A stretch of DNA of 64,000 bases from Octopus bimaculoides (lineage: Eukaryota). The stretch is from contig NC_068994.1 in NCBI RefSeq assembly GCF_001194135.2, positions 41,855,805-41,919,804 on the forward strand. Direction: 5' to 3'. Within the stretch, counting starts at the first letter, position 1. Each line of letters opens with the position of its first letter. This document shows, piece by piece, positions 25,438-37,090 of this stretch. The notes under the pieces were generated by a model, which did not search any database, had not been told where the DNA came from, and saw only the letters and a list, made by a program, of their open reading frames with translations. A program made the position numbers and the translations under genes.

Positions 25438-26375
25438 AGGGCTGTGAGCTGGCAGAATCATTAGCATGCTTGACAAAATACTCAGTGGCGTCTTGTCCAG
25501 CTTTATATTCTGAGTTCAAATTGCACTGAGGTCAGCTTTGCCTTTCATCCTTTTAGGATTTATGAAGTACAAGTTAAGCACTGAGGTTAATGTAATTGAC
25601 AAGTTCCTCTCCCTCAAAAATGCAGCTCTTGTGCCTATAGTACAAAGGATTATCTTAAATGGTGTTAAGCTGGCAGCATTGTTACTGCTTTGGACGAAAT
25701 GCATAGTGACTCGGTCTCTTTATGTTTTAAATTAAAATGCAACAGAGATCAACTTTGCCTTTCATTCTTTCAGGATTGATAAAATGAAAACCAGTTGTGC
25801 ACTGGGGTGAATGTAGCTGGTTTTACCCTCCCCACAAAAATTTGAGGCTCCTTGCCTAAATTAGCAGGAATTATATTTTTTTTAAGAGTCAATAAAAAAT
25901 CAGAATTGTAGGGGCAACAGACAATATGTCTTGTAGCATTTTTTCACACTATTTACGTTCAAGGTTTAAAATCTCACTGAAATCGATTTTGTCTTTCATT
26001 CTTCAATAAATAAAGTACCAGTCAAGTCTTAGGGTCAATGCTGTTGATTTATATACCACCCCTAAAACTGCTGGCCTTATGCCTAAATCAGAAACACTAG
26101 TTACTATTACCATCATTATTTTCGTTTCCCCACCTTGTCCCATTTTATGTAAAACTTCACACTGTTCACTGTTCTTGCAATGTCCATTAGATTTTATAGC
26201 ATTCGACAAATTATTTCGCCCCTTCATTTCTGATTCTTTATGTTCTGAATCTGAATTTCACCAAAGTCAACTTCATCTTTCATCTCTTCAGGAGTGTATA
26301 AAAATAAGTACAAGCACAGAGGTCAGTTTAAACAACTAACAAGCCCATTTCCCTAAATCTCAGGCCTTAAAATTA
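25438..26375 (+). mobile_element. Chain of about four decayed head-to-tail SINE family B copies
   Basis: ctttgcctttcat(c/t)ct-type core recurs near 25537, 25753, 25990 and 26272. Confidence 0.7.
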
Positions 26376-26394
26376 TCGTCATCCTCCTCCTCCT

Positions 26395-26540
26395 CCTCAT
26401 CATCATTTAACGTCTGTTTTCCATGCTGGCATGAGTTGGACAGTTTGGTTGAAAACTGATAAGCTGGGGAGCTGCACCAAGGTTCCAGTCTGATTTGGCA
26501 TAGTTTCTATGACTGGATGCCCTTCCTAATGCCAAAACAA
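26395..26540 (-). mobile_element. Family D (RTE-type 3' end with (GAT)n tail)
   Basis: catcatcatttaacgtctgttttccatgctggcatgagttggac..ggatgcccttcctaatgccaa. Confidence 0.8.
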
Positions 26541-26619
26541 CCATTAGCACTTACCCCGAAGCTTCCACCTCCTGTTGGTTGATGAAGTGTCACAAATACA
26601 GGAAGCAAGCCATAGATTG

Positions 26620-27231
26620 GAACAGGTAATAATCAGAGGAAGATATTCTTCTACAATTCGAATGTGTATAAGTAGTGGTTATGCAAGGGCCAGCTTCTGG
26701 AATCTGTCACCATTGAACACAAGGTGATGCTCTGCATCTGGTGGAATTATGAGGGGATAATTAACTGCAAGTTCATTCTAGGTGGTCGAACCATCAATGT
26801 TAACCTATACTCCAAACAGCTGGAAGAGATGTATGCCATTTTGTGGCAAGAAGACCCAACATTGGTTAATGAAAGCAAGCTCAAATGACCCAGAATAAAC
26901 TCCAGGGATTTGAAGGAATCAAACTGATGCCACACCCAGTATACAGTCCACACCTAGCTCCCTCGGTTTATTACTTGTTCTAATCCATAGCTCATTTCCT
27001 GCGCTCACAACACTTCATCCCACAAGAGGAGGTGAAAGCTTCAGCGAAGGAATTCTTTACTTTGAAGGACAAGAACTGGTATCAGCATATTAAAGAACTT
27101 GTAAAATAATGTCTTCAGACAGTGTGATTTCAGACAGGCCTCTACTTTGAATGCTAGGCTGCTTTTATTGTAACTTGACAAATAAAGCCAATAAGTTTCC
27201 AAAGTATTGCAAAACTTTTGACTCAACACAA
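26620..27231 (+). mobile_element. Mariner (DD34D-type) transposase relic, 3' half plus right TIR
   Basis: HKVMLCIWWNYEGII..TINVNLYSKQL..PHPVYSPHLAPSVYYLF (YSPDLAPSDY motif degraded); TIR gcaaaacttttgactcaacacaa followed by TA. Confidence 0.9.
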
Positions 27232-27381
27232 TATTTTAGCAACAGCTCACTTGAAAAAATTTCTAATTTACCTTGACAGCTGTGTTATACAAGTATCAAG
27301 AATTTCTAATTATGATTCTTTGCAGATATAAACATAATAATTCATTGTTATTACACACCAGCTCTATATATCAATTAAATT

Positions 27382-27511
27382 ATACACCTGCAATAAAGTT
27401 GTAGTATATTGTCAACTTAATGTGACAATATACTACAACTTTATCGCTCCACTACTGCTTAAATCTCTCTGAGAGATTTAGAAATATTATATTTCTAATA
27501 CACCTGCAATA
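27382..27511. repeat. Two perfect hairpins (22-bp and 10-bp arms) between 14-bp direct repeats
   Basis: Arms 27393-27414/27423-27444 and 27460-27469/27471-27480; atacacctgcaata at 27382 and 27498. Confidence 0.9.
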
Positions 27512-27627
27512 GTTTACATAAACTGTTGAAATCAAATCAGTTGTAAGTCCAACGAGATGAATTAATTACCTTTACAAAATTCTGTTTATTTTCCTACACT
27601 TTAACTATGATCTTACATATTATAAAC

Positions 27628-27870
27628 AGATGCATGGCCTAGTGGTTAGGATGTTGTACTCACAATCATGAGATTATGGGTTCAATTCCTAGACCGGGTG
27701 GTACGTAGTGTTCTTGAGCAAAATACTTCATCTCACATTTCTCAGCAATCACTTTAACACCTGACGTGTGGTATACTGTGCACCTGTTCAGGCAAAGTTG
27801 ATTTGACGGAGGGAGTGAACGAATGTACAAACACATACATTTGATAACTATAAACAAATCATTTGTGCAG
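27628..27870 (+). mobile_element. tRNA-derived SINE, family C-related
   Basis: A box tggcctagtgg, B box ggttcaattcc, gttcttgagcaaaatacttcatctcac. Confidence 0.75.
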
Positions 27871-28093
27871 GCCCTTCAGCAAAAAGGCTGAACACTCATA
27901 CATCATCTTTGGCAGGAGAGTCCGCATCATAAACAGACAGAGTTAATTACTAAACTTTTCCTTGTTACACATAGATGAATAATATGTTGGTTGTTGACTC
28001 CAGTGGAAGTGATATCTCTAAAGATATCGGAATTCATATACTTAAAACATTTATTATTATTCTTTTTTTTTTTTTTGCTGTTATTGAAGATAG

Positions 28094-28165
28094 TAAAGAG
28101 TGATTTAAGGGAATTTGGCTGCTTTATCATCGAGGGCAAGCAACTACACATAGGCTCTGACAATG
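28094..28165 (+). CDS. Candidate exon (xKSDLREFGCFIIEGKQLHIGSDN; alternative acceptor 28090), product unknown
   Basis: T14 polypyrimidine tract, AG at 28088 or 28092, donor atg|gtacgt; only one frame open. Confidence 0.45.
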
Positions 28166-28269
28166 GTACGTGGGACAAACAAACAAATTGTTTACTTATT
28201 TAGTACTTATATACAGTGAAGTACAACTGAATTACTATGAAACATCTTTTTGGTGGGGCAAGAGTCCTA

Positions 28270-28695
28270 CTTATTGGTTTAAGATTTTGGCACAAATTTG
28301 TGCAGGGGATAAGTCGATTATATTGACCCCAGTACTCAATTAGTACTTATTTTCTAGACACCAAAAGAATGAAAGGCAAAGTTGACCTCAGAGGAATTTG
28401 AACCCAGAATGTTAAGATGGTTGAATTGCTGCTAAGGAATTTGCCTGGCATGCTAGCAATTCTTTTCTACTCCAGGCACAAGGCCCGAAATTTTTGGGGA
28501 GGGGACCAGTCGATTAGATCAACCCCAGTATGCAACTAGTATTTAATTTATCGACCCCAATAGGCAAAGTCAACCTCGGCAGAATTTGAACTCAGAACAT
28601 AAAGACAGACAAAATACCGCTAGGCATTTTTCCCGGCATGCTAACGTTTCTGCCAGCTCGCCATCTTGGCATGCTAACAATTCTGCCAGCTCAAT
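28270..28695 (-). mobile_element. Young SINE-B (28464-28666) nested in the head of an older SINE-B
   Basis: 18-bp TSD tggcatgcta(g/a)caattct at 28446-28463 and 28667-28684. Confidence 0.85.
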
Positions 28696-29044
28696 GTCTG
28701 AAGTCTTTCTATTTATTGACATCCAGTTCTATTCTATATTAAACTTTGCTTGACATTTTGATCTTTGATGGAGATTGTATCTATAAGGTATTGGTCTTGT
28801 AGATAACTATTCCCTTCCCACATATTGACATTCATGATTCATATAATGTCAGTCTTCCCAGTCTCTCCACCATATTTCTAAATATTTCAGTTAATGAAAA
28901 GCTATCTCATACTTGAGAAGACCTGTCCATCTCAGTAAAAATCATGTCCCACCAAGACTTACCCAACAATTTATCTTTTAACACCTGTCCATCCACCAAT
29001 CTTCTTACTGCAGTACTATTCACTCGGGTGTTGTAAATAATGGC

Positions 29045-29242
29045 TTCAAATTTTGGCACAAGGCCAGCAATTTCAGAGGAGGGATAAGTTGATTACAACA
29101 ACCCCGGTTTTCAACTGGTATTTATTTTGTAAACCCTGAAAGTACGAAAAGCAAAGTTGAACTCGGTGGAATTTGAATTGAGAATGTAAGGACAGACAAA
29201 ATGCCACTAAGCATATTACTAACAGTTTTTCCAGCTTGCCAC
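29045..29242 (-). mobile_element. SINE family B
   Basis: aaattttggcacaaggccagc..ggtggaatttgaattgagaatg..ccagcttgccac. Confidence 0.8.
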
Positions 29243-29247
29243 TTTAA

Positions 29248-29394
29248 CCTTTTCATTACTGTATTTATTTTAAGATGCTCTGTGTTTCTTTCAATTACTT
29301 TAAATATAACAAAGAATTTAATTCAAAACTTATGAAGACAAGACATTTGTACTCAGAGCCAGAACCGGTTTCAGCCGGGTTGGTAACAAAAGGG
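29248..29394. mobile_element. piggyBac-type MITE with TTAA target sites
   Basis: TTAA|ccttttcattac..gtaacaaaaggg|TTAA. Confidence 0.6.
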
Positions 29395-29774
29395 TTAAGG
29401 TGCTGTAAATAATGCCATTTATTCCCTGCACTTCCCATTGAATCCCTACTACTGTCACTTATCACCTCTTCCACCTTGACTTACCTCTATTTCCTTCACT
29501 TCACTCTACACCCCCAAACTGATAATCAATGGGTCTACCTCAATCCCTTATCTCTAATCATCTTTCACACTATTTCCCTTCTAGTGCACTTACCTACCCC
29601 TTCAAGTCCTCTATACCTGTTCTCTTTCTTATATTCAGCTTATACCTTGAAGGTGTGTCTCTCTCTCTTCTGCTTTCCTGCTGGGAAGGTCTTGCGTTTA
29701 CCTCTTTAGCAAGAGACCTGTTCCTATCCTTTTAACATACTTTCACCTCCTTCAATACTATACCCCATTCAGTT

Positions 29775-29990
29775 AAGGGGTCCTGTCCTGCAAGTATATG
29801 GTAACATGTGCTGATGCCATGAAAAGAGCACCAAGTACATGCTGTAAAAGGGTTGGCATTCAAAAGGGCATCCAAGTGTAGAAACATGCCAAAGTAGACA
29901 TTGGAGTTCAATACAGTCTTCTGGCTGGTCAGTTCCTGTCAGACAGTCCAGCATGGAAAAAGACACGTTAAATGAAGATAAAGATAAAGA
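29775..29990 (+). mobile_element. Family D 3' end, decayed
   Basis: gttggcattcaaaagggcatcca..ccagcatggaaaaagacacgttaaatga. Confidence 0.7.
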
Positions 29991-30712
29991 CAAAGATGAT
30001 AATGATGAATGATAAGAATCTTTCTGAAATATATTTGTTATTTATTAAGTTTTGTTATAAGTTTGTATCTTAAAGAAACGAAGGTAACATTAGTTTTGTT
30101 TAGATGAATTAAATGTCAGTCAAAAATTCGGCATTTTATATGAATGGTTTAACTTGAGAATTTAGCTTGCAAACTGAGAGACATACCTTATTATGTTTTT
30201 ATCATCAATTTAGGAATCAAATTTCTGTGACTATATACTTTAGTTGCACTTGGTTACATTATAGAATTAACAGGAGAGGTCTGCTATAGTTTTAGTTTCA
30301 GATTCTAATACATCATATATAATCAATATTCTTGGTATTTATTACATTACTGCATACAATGTTACCGAAATACAAGACTATTTAGAGCAAACAAAATAGC
30401 TGTAACTTGCCAAGAAAATAAATGAAAAGTTTCTCATAAAATTCTTAATTACAGCCCAATTATAAATAATTGAATTTGATAAATTTATATATTCATTAAT
30501 TTCAAGTGATGACAGTAGGTAAAATAAAATTTCAATATTAATAAGTTATAGATTTAATGCTGTTAGAATGTTCATGTTATTATATTACTACAGTTATATA
30601 ATCTCCTAAAATGATTTCTTTGACCATATAATAGTAGCATATGACTGGTTTGAAATGTGATAAAGTAACAATGAATATTATTATTATTATTACTATCATT
30701 ATTATTATTGAT

Positions 30713-31600
30713 AAGGCAGCAAGCTGGCAGAATCATTAGCACACCAGGTGAAATGCTTAGCGTTATTTCTTCTGCTGCTACAGGTCAACTTTGCCTTTCA
30801 TCCTTTTGGGATCAGTAGATTAAGTACCAGTTCCATACTGGAGTTGGTCTAATTAAGTGGCCCCCTCTTCAAAATGTTCAGGCCTTGTGCCCAGAGAAGA
30901 AAAGATTATTAATAAAGTAGTGAGCTGGCAGAATCATTAGCATACCAGGTGAAAAGCATAGTGGTATTTCGTCTGCAGCTATGGTCTGAGTTCAAATTCC
31001 ACTGAGGTCAACTTTGCCTTTCACCCTTTTGAGGTAAATGAAATAAGTACCAGTCACGTACTGGGGTCGATGTAATCGACTATCCTTCTTCCCTCAAAAT
31101 TTTCAAGGCCTTGTGCCTAGAGAAGAAATAATTATTATCATTATTATTATTAATAAGGTGGTGAGCTGGCAGAATCGTTAGCACACCAGGTGAAATTTTT
31201 AGCAGTATTTCGTCTGCCGCTATATTCTAAGTTCAAATTCTGCTGAGGTCAACTTTGCCGTTCATCCTTTCAGGGTCAATGAATTAAATATTGGGGTTGA
31301 TGTGACTAACTGTCCCTCCTCTCCACAAAATCTAGGCCTTGTGCCTATAGTACAAAGGATTATTATTATCATTATTATTACTAATTAGGCAGCAAGCTGG
31401 TAGAATAGTTAGCATGCCAGGCAAAATGCTTAGTGTTATTTCATCTGTCTTTACGTTCTGAGTTCAAATTCTGCTGAGGTCAGCTTTGCCTTTCATTCTT
31501 ACAAGATTGATGAAATAAGTGCCAGTTGAGTATTGTGGCCGATGGAATCGACTTGCTCCCTTCCTTGAAACTGCTGGCTTTGTGCCAAAATCTGAAATCA
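30713..31600 (+). mobile_element. Tandem chain of four SINE family B copies joined by (TTA)n tails
   Basis: Heads at about 30713, 30915, 31155 and 31387, each gagctgg(c/t)agaat-like, each followed by core and ATT-rich tail. Confidence 0.9.
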
Positions 31601-32399
31601 TTATAATTTTTATTATCATTATTCACCAGCACCAGCACCAGCACCACCTTCATCATCATCATCATCATTTTAATGCTGTAGATGCAAGGCAACAGAGGTG
31701 ACACACCCTGGTTAATGCTTTTGTGGAGGCCACATTTTTGGGTCTGCTGTATAAGCCTATATAAGGTCAGTGAATGGGGGCAGCAGCATGGGGAAGGTTC
31801 AGGAACTTTCCTGAACAGCACACAGTCTAGCCGTGCCACTGTTTTAATGTCCTCTTTTCCATATTCACATTTTGTACGTTAAATTCCCTCACAGGTCAGT
31901 GGTAAACCTTGGGTTATAATAAAAAGAGCCACTTTACAAGCCACAGTGTTTGTTCAAAACAGTTGGTATTATGTTCTGCTGTATGTATTGATTCCAAAGC
32001 CAGTAAACAGAGAGATTTCATAATTAATGTGTTTCAAATGATTTGCTTTCCTTTATTTATTTATACAGCCATTTATTATTTAACACAATTATTTTGTTGT
32101 TTTTTATATTGAATACGTACCTCTGCGGTTGGCCAGGGATTACTCAATGGAAAGAAATATGTATTTTATAAGTTTCATCAGCTTAACAATATAAAAATAA
32201 AACTACCAGTGATAGCACAGATTGATGACAAATATATTACAATCATGGGGAGAGACATCAGTAAGTATTTTACATTATAGAATTGGTGATGATGGAGATT
32301 ATGGTGGTTAAAGAATCAACAATGATATCATCAATGCAGGATGGAATGGAGCAGGAGTCAGATGTATGGATGATTGAATTTTCATGATTTATCATTGTC

Positions 32400-32601
32400 A
32401 TGATTTTTAAGCCACTTCCTTTTTGTCCTCCTCATCATCATCCTTGTTGTCACTATGCTCTTCTTTTACTTCCTCCTCCCTCTCCTCCTTCACCTCCTCC
32501 TCCTTCAACTCGTTGCCGTCACCATTTATCATCGTCATCCATATCACAGTCCCCCATTTATCATTGCAGTCCTTATTATCATCACCATCATTGTCATCAT
32601 T

Positions 32602-32646
<45 letters not shown>

Positions 32647-32825
32647 TCACCAGCACTATCAGCATCATTGCCATTATCATCATGTTGTCCTCACTGTCAC
32701 CATCATTGTCTTCATCGTCATCTTCATCGTCATTGTTATCATCATATTCATCATCATCCTCATATTCATTGTCCTCATCATCATTATCATTATCATTATC
32801 ATTATCATCATCATCATTGTTATCA
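32400..32825. repeat. (CAT)n/(CCT)n low-complexity tract
   Basis: Read directly. Confidence 0.9.
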
Positions 32826-33182
32826 TAGAACAAAATTGAAGACATTATCAAAATTGTTATCATATTCATTTCTAACAAAGGTGCAAGTTCCGAAATCCAG
32901 GTGAGCAGAGGGAGAAATGGCGATTATATTCTCATTGACCCAGGAGAGATAAAGTTGACCTTGGTGGGGTTTGATCTAAAATTGAAGTGACTCAGGACAA
33001 ATACTGTGAAGCATCCTCTCTGATGTTCCAATAACTCAACTGACCGACTGTCCTTTAAATTTTTCACACCATGAAACAGTTTTATAAATATCTATGAAGT
33101 TAGGTATCTAAAGTTAGGTATATAAATAGCAATAAGAATATTAAAAATTTCTTCAAGTTTCACTAATGCTCCTCTTCTAAGT

Positions 33183-33363
33183 GGACACCTTACTTGTCAC
33201 TGAGGTTTCGTGACATGAAGCAAAGCAGGCCTTGCTGTCCACTCAAGAAAACATATAACAAAGGATCCACAAACACTCGAGTAAACTGAATCTTTTACTT
33301 GTTCCATTTGCCAAAAGGGTTTCAAGGCATTAGCAGGCCCTCAAGAGACACATTTTAGAACAT
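33183..33363 (+). pseudogene. Disabled tandem C2H2 zinc-finger relic
   Basis: GHLTCH*GFVT*SKAGLAVHSRKH..TESFTCSICQKGFKALAG(+1 nt at 33339)LKRHILEH; second finger has exact C-x2-C-x12-H-x3-H spacing. Confidence 0.65.
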
Positions 33364-33509
33364 GATTACTACTTTATTTTACTGGACCCTCATTTGTCAT
33401 TCACAAAAAGAGAATCCATCATTATAAATGTGTGTGTGTGTGCGCATGCATATATATGTATATATATACATGCACATACATATATATATATATACATATA
33501 CATATATAT

Positions 33510-33552
<43 letters not shown>

Positions 33553-34029
33553 NNNNNNNNNNNNNNNNNNNNNNNNNNNNNNNNNNNNNNNNNNNNNNNN
33601 NNNNNNNNNNNNNNNNNNNNNNNNNNNNNNNNNNNNNNNNNNNNNNNNNNNNNNNNNNNNNNNNNNNNNNNNNNNNNNNNNNNNNNNNNNNNNNNNNNNN
33701 NNNNNNNNNNNNNNNNNNNNNNNNNNNNNNNNNNNNNNNNNNNNNNNNNNNNNNNNNNNNNNNNNNNNNNNNNNNNNNNNNNNNNNNNNNNNNNNNNNNN
33801 NNNNNNNNNNNNNNTATATATATATATAAAACAAAAAAACAAAACAACAAAAAACAAAAAAACAAACAAACAGGACACAGTAGTGTGTCGATAAGCCAGC
33901 TGGAGGAGATGTCCTCCTGGGGCTAAAAGCAACAGTAACATCCACCCCTAGGGGTCAGCCACACTTAAGTGGCAATATACTTCACTTTATCGTGCAGTTA
34001 CTGTTAATACTTCATTTAGAGAATTAACA

Positions 34030-34150
34030 TTGCTTGGCGTTAGGAAGGGCATCCAGCTGTAGAAACTCTGCCAAATCAGACTGGAGCCTGGTGTTGCCAT
34101 CCGGTTTCACCAGTCCTCAGTCAAATCGTCCAACCCATGCTAGCATGATA
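34030..34150 (+). mobile_element. Family D 3' end (young)
   Basis: ttggcgttaggaagggcatccagctgtagaaactctgcc..cgtccaacccatgctagcatg. Confidence 0.85.
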
Positions 34151-34154
34151 TATG

Positions 34155-34315
34155 GGAGAATTTACATAAAAACAACAGACGAAGACAGGTGGTGTAAACA
34201 ACAAATGGATGTATTAGTATAACGCTCGGGAATAGAGAAAGTCTTTAACGTTTCGACCCTACGCTCTTCAATAGAAAGGAACACAAAAAGAAACAAGGAG
34301 AGAAAAAAGAAATAC
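34155..34315 (-). mobile_element. Family E Penelope-like 3' end with hammerhead-like motif (34243-34278)
   Basis: Homologous to the 6755 and 36597 copies. Confidence 0.75.
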
Positions 34316-34348
<33 letters not shown>

Positions 34349-34996
34349 TATATATATGTGTGTGTATATATATGTACGTATGTATATGTATATGCATTTC
34401 AGTTATAGGGGTCCATTAAGAGTCAAGTCATCGTATGAACATGAAGCTTGCCATTAATTGGCTAGACAAAATCACATGGTATACAAAATATTTAAAGAAT
34501 AAAATGTATAATGTGGTATAAAATTTAAAAAAGCGTATTTATGAGTGTTGTTACAATTGTTTCATAGGAAATTTTTATCTTGATGTAAGCAAAAAACATT
34601 TATTCTGTCTATGCATTACACAATGCAACTCCTAAGCTGATCAGGCAACTTCTCAAAATGGAATGACACAATGACTTGTTGAATAATTCATTGATTCTCA
34701 GCAAATGGAATTATAATTTAAATATGGATATTTAAGATGTACAAAGTGGGAGTATCCAGATACTGTCACTGAATGATAGCACACAGTAATAAGTATAAAG
34801 ACAGTTATTGTCACTCAGATAAAAAGATAAAAGAAAGTTGGAGAAAAATATTTATAGTCGATAAGCAGACATTTGGTATTAAGAACACATTAACTCCATT
34901 TAGACATGTTCTGGTGCCATCATTGACAATGTCCTTTAAAACATTTTTTTAAATTTCTTTATATATACATACACACAGAGAGACAAACAAACAGAC

Positions 34997-34998
<2 letters not shown>

Positions 34999-35093
<95 letters not shown>
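34999..35093. repeat. Pure (TA)n microsatellite
   Basis: Read directly. Confidence 0.98.
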
Positions 35094-35095
<2 letters not shown>

Positions 35096-36132
35096 AATCT
35101 ATTTACTTATTTTATTTCATACATACATACATAAATACATACACACATACATACATACATACATACATACATACATACACACATACATACATACATACAT
35201 ACATGTCTGTCAATCTTTCAGCAGCAGCATCAATTAACAATAAGCAACAACTTCAGCCACAGCAGCTCTTTGTAATTTAACAGTTATTTCTCCACTTTCT
35301 TGTTGTTCAATCCCCATTTCAGCCCAATGGAACAAATCTTCTATCGAATATGTTCCAGCCATAAACACTACATCTTTTCCATTGCCTATCTAAGACTACA
35401 TTATTTATGTGTCCACCTCACTCCAACTTTGACAGGATGCATTTCGTTAAAAAAGATATTTGTTTACTATTTCTATCATGTTGAGGAACCACTTGCTAGA
35501 AGCTGTCTTCAGGATTCATCTATAAATACTAATATTATACTCTTATAATATAAATTATAAATTCTTCCCTGAAAAAATGCAGTATTCTATATACCCACCG
35601 TACATAACGCTATACTATCTTACTTTTAAAATATAATATATCAAATTAATAAAAAAGATATGTTTCATAAAACAATAATGCCAGAGGTTTTCTAATGGCT
35701 AATGGCATACAGTTGCTTATTATGGGGCTACTAGCTGACCACGTGCCATCAATAATAATGGCTAATTGTAGTATTTTATATATAAATAAGGTACAAATAA
35801 GGAACATAATAAACACACATACAAACATTCACATACTACCCTTGTACAATCACACACATACACACATATACTCACACAGAGTTGAAATACTGATTGTTTT
35901 TCACCTATTCCTTCCTAATTCATCTATCACCCCCTTCCTTTTTCTCATTGCTGTTACTTTCTCTCACTCGCTCTCAGTAAGGGCTTTTACTCTCACTACT
36001 TCTCCTTCAATGAACTACTATTTTCTCTCCTCTACATCCGGTGTGATTCTGGACAAATATATAAATATAAACAAATATATAAAAACACTCATTAATATGT
36101 TAGGAGATTATTATGTGTGTGTATGTATATAC

Positions 36133-36166
<34 letters not shown>

Positions 36167-36596
36167 NNNNNNNNNNNNNNNNNNNNNNNNNNNNNNNNNN
36201 NNNNNNNNNNNNNNNNNNNNNNNNNNNNNNNNNNNNNNNNNNNNNNNNNNNNNNNNNNNNNNNNNNNNNNNNNNNNNNNNNNNNNNNNNNNNNNNNNNNN
36301 NNNNNNNNNNNNNNNNNNNNNNNNNNNNNNNNNNNNNNNNNNNNNNNNNNNNNNNNNNNNNNNNNNNNNNNNNNNNNNNNNNNNNNNNNNNNNNNNNNNN
36401 NNNNNNNNNNNNNNNNNNNNNNNNNNNNNNNNTAAATAGAGGAACTATTAGTTCTAAATCTCTGAACGAGAAACGTGCAGTAACAGAACTATAGAATAAA
36501 GTTTATTTGCCACCTTAAAGTCGTAGTCCTAACCAGGACTGCCACTTTAAGTTGGCAATTAAACTTTACTCATATATATATATATATATATATAGG

Positions 36597-36790
36597 GAGA
36601 ATTCACAAAAAAAACAAAAGACGAAGACAAGTGGTGTAGAAAACAAACAGATGTATTAGTATAATGCTCAGGAATTGAAAAAGTCTTTAACGTTTCGAGC
36701 CTACACTCTTCTACAGAAAGGAACACAGAAAGAAACAAGGAAACAAACAAGCAGAGAAACAAAAAATGTGTAGTGGTTAGCGATCTATCA
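36597..36790 (-). mobile_element. Family E Penelope-like 3' end with best hammerhead-like motif (36685-36720)
   Basis: Minus strand cttt-CTGTAGA-a-gagt(gtag)gctc-GAAACGTT-aaag. Confidence 0.75.
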
Positions 36791-37090
36791 TGGGGATTCT
36801 TGGTTTTTTTTTTTTTCCTTATTGGGTAGGATGGTTGTTGCAGAGTGGAGAGTAGGGTGAAAATGGAGGTGGAAACCTTTAGGGATGAGGCGGTGATGTA
36901 AGGAGCAACTGAGAAACGAAATGTGGCTAGAGAAATGAGCTTTTTTGAAAATGAGTAAAGAAAGGTTAATGGAAGGCTGAAAGCAATGGGAAGGAAGTGT
37001 GCAGAAGTGTTGTTTTAGGTGGTTGTGAAGAGTGAGGAGGAAAGATTTGTAGTCTGCCATGGTAGTACAATGAGAAAAATGAAAAAAATA
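36788..37090 (-). mobile_element. Penelope-like element ORF N-terminal fragment
   Basis: HFSSHISFLSCSLHHRLIPKGFHLHF resembles the H-x2-FL-x2-C-x4-(L/V)IPKG motif I recall at PLE ORF N-termini; abuts the family E tail. Confidence 0.5.

Noticed and set aside
30713-31600. CRISPR-like regular repeat spacing
   Set aside because: Repeats are about 200-bp SINE copies in eukaryotic DNA; no cas genes or spacer structure
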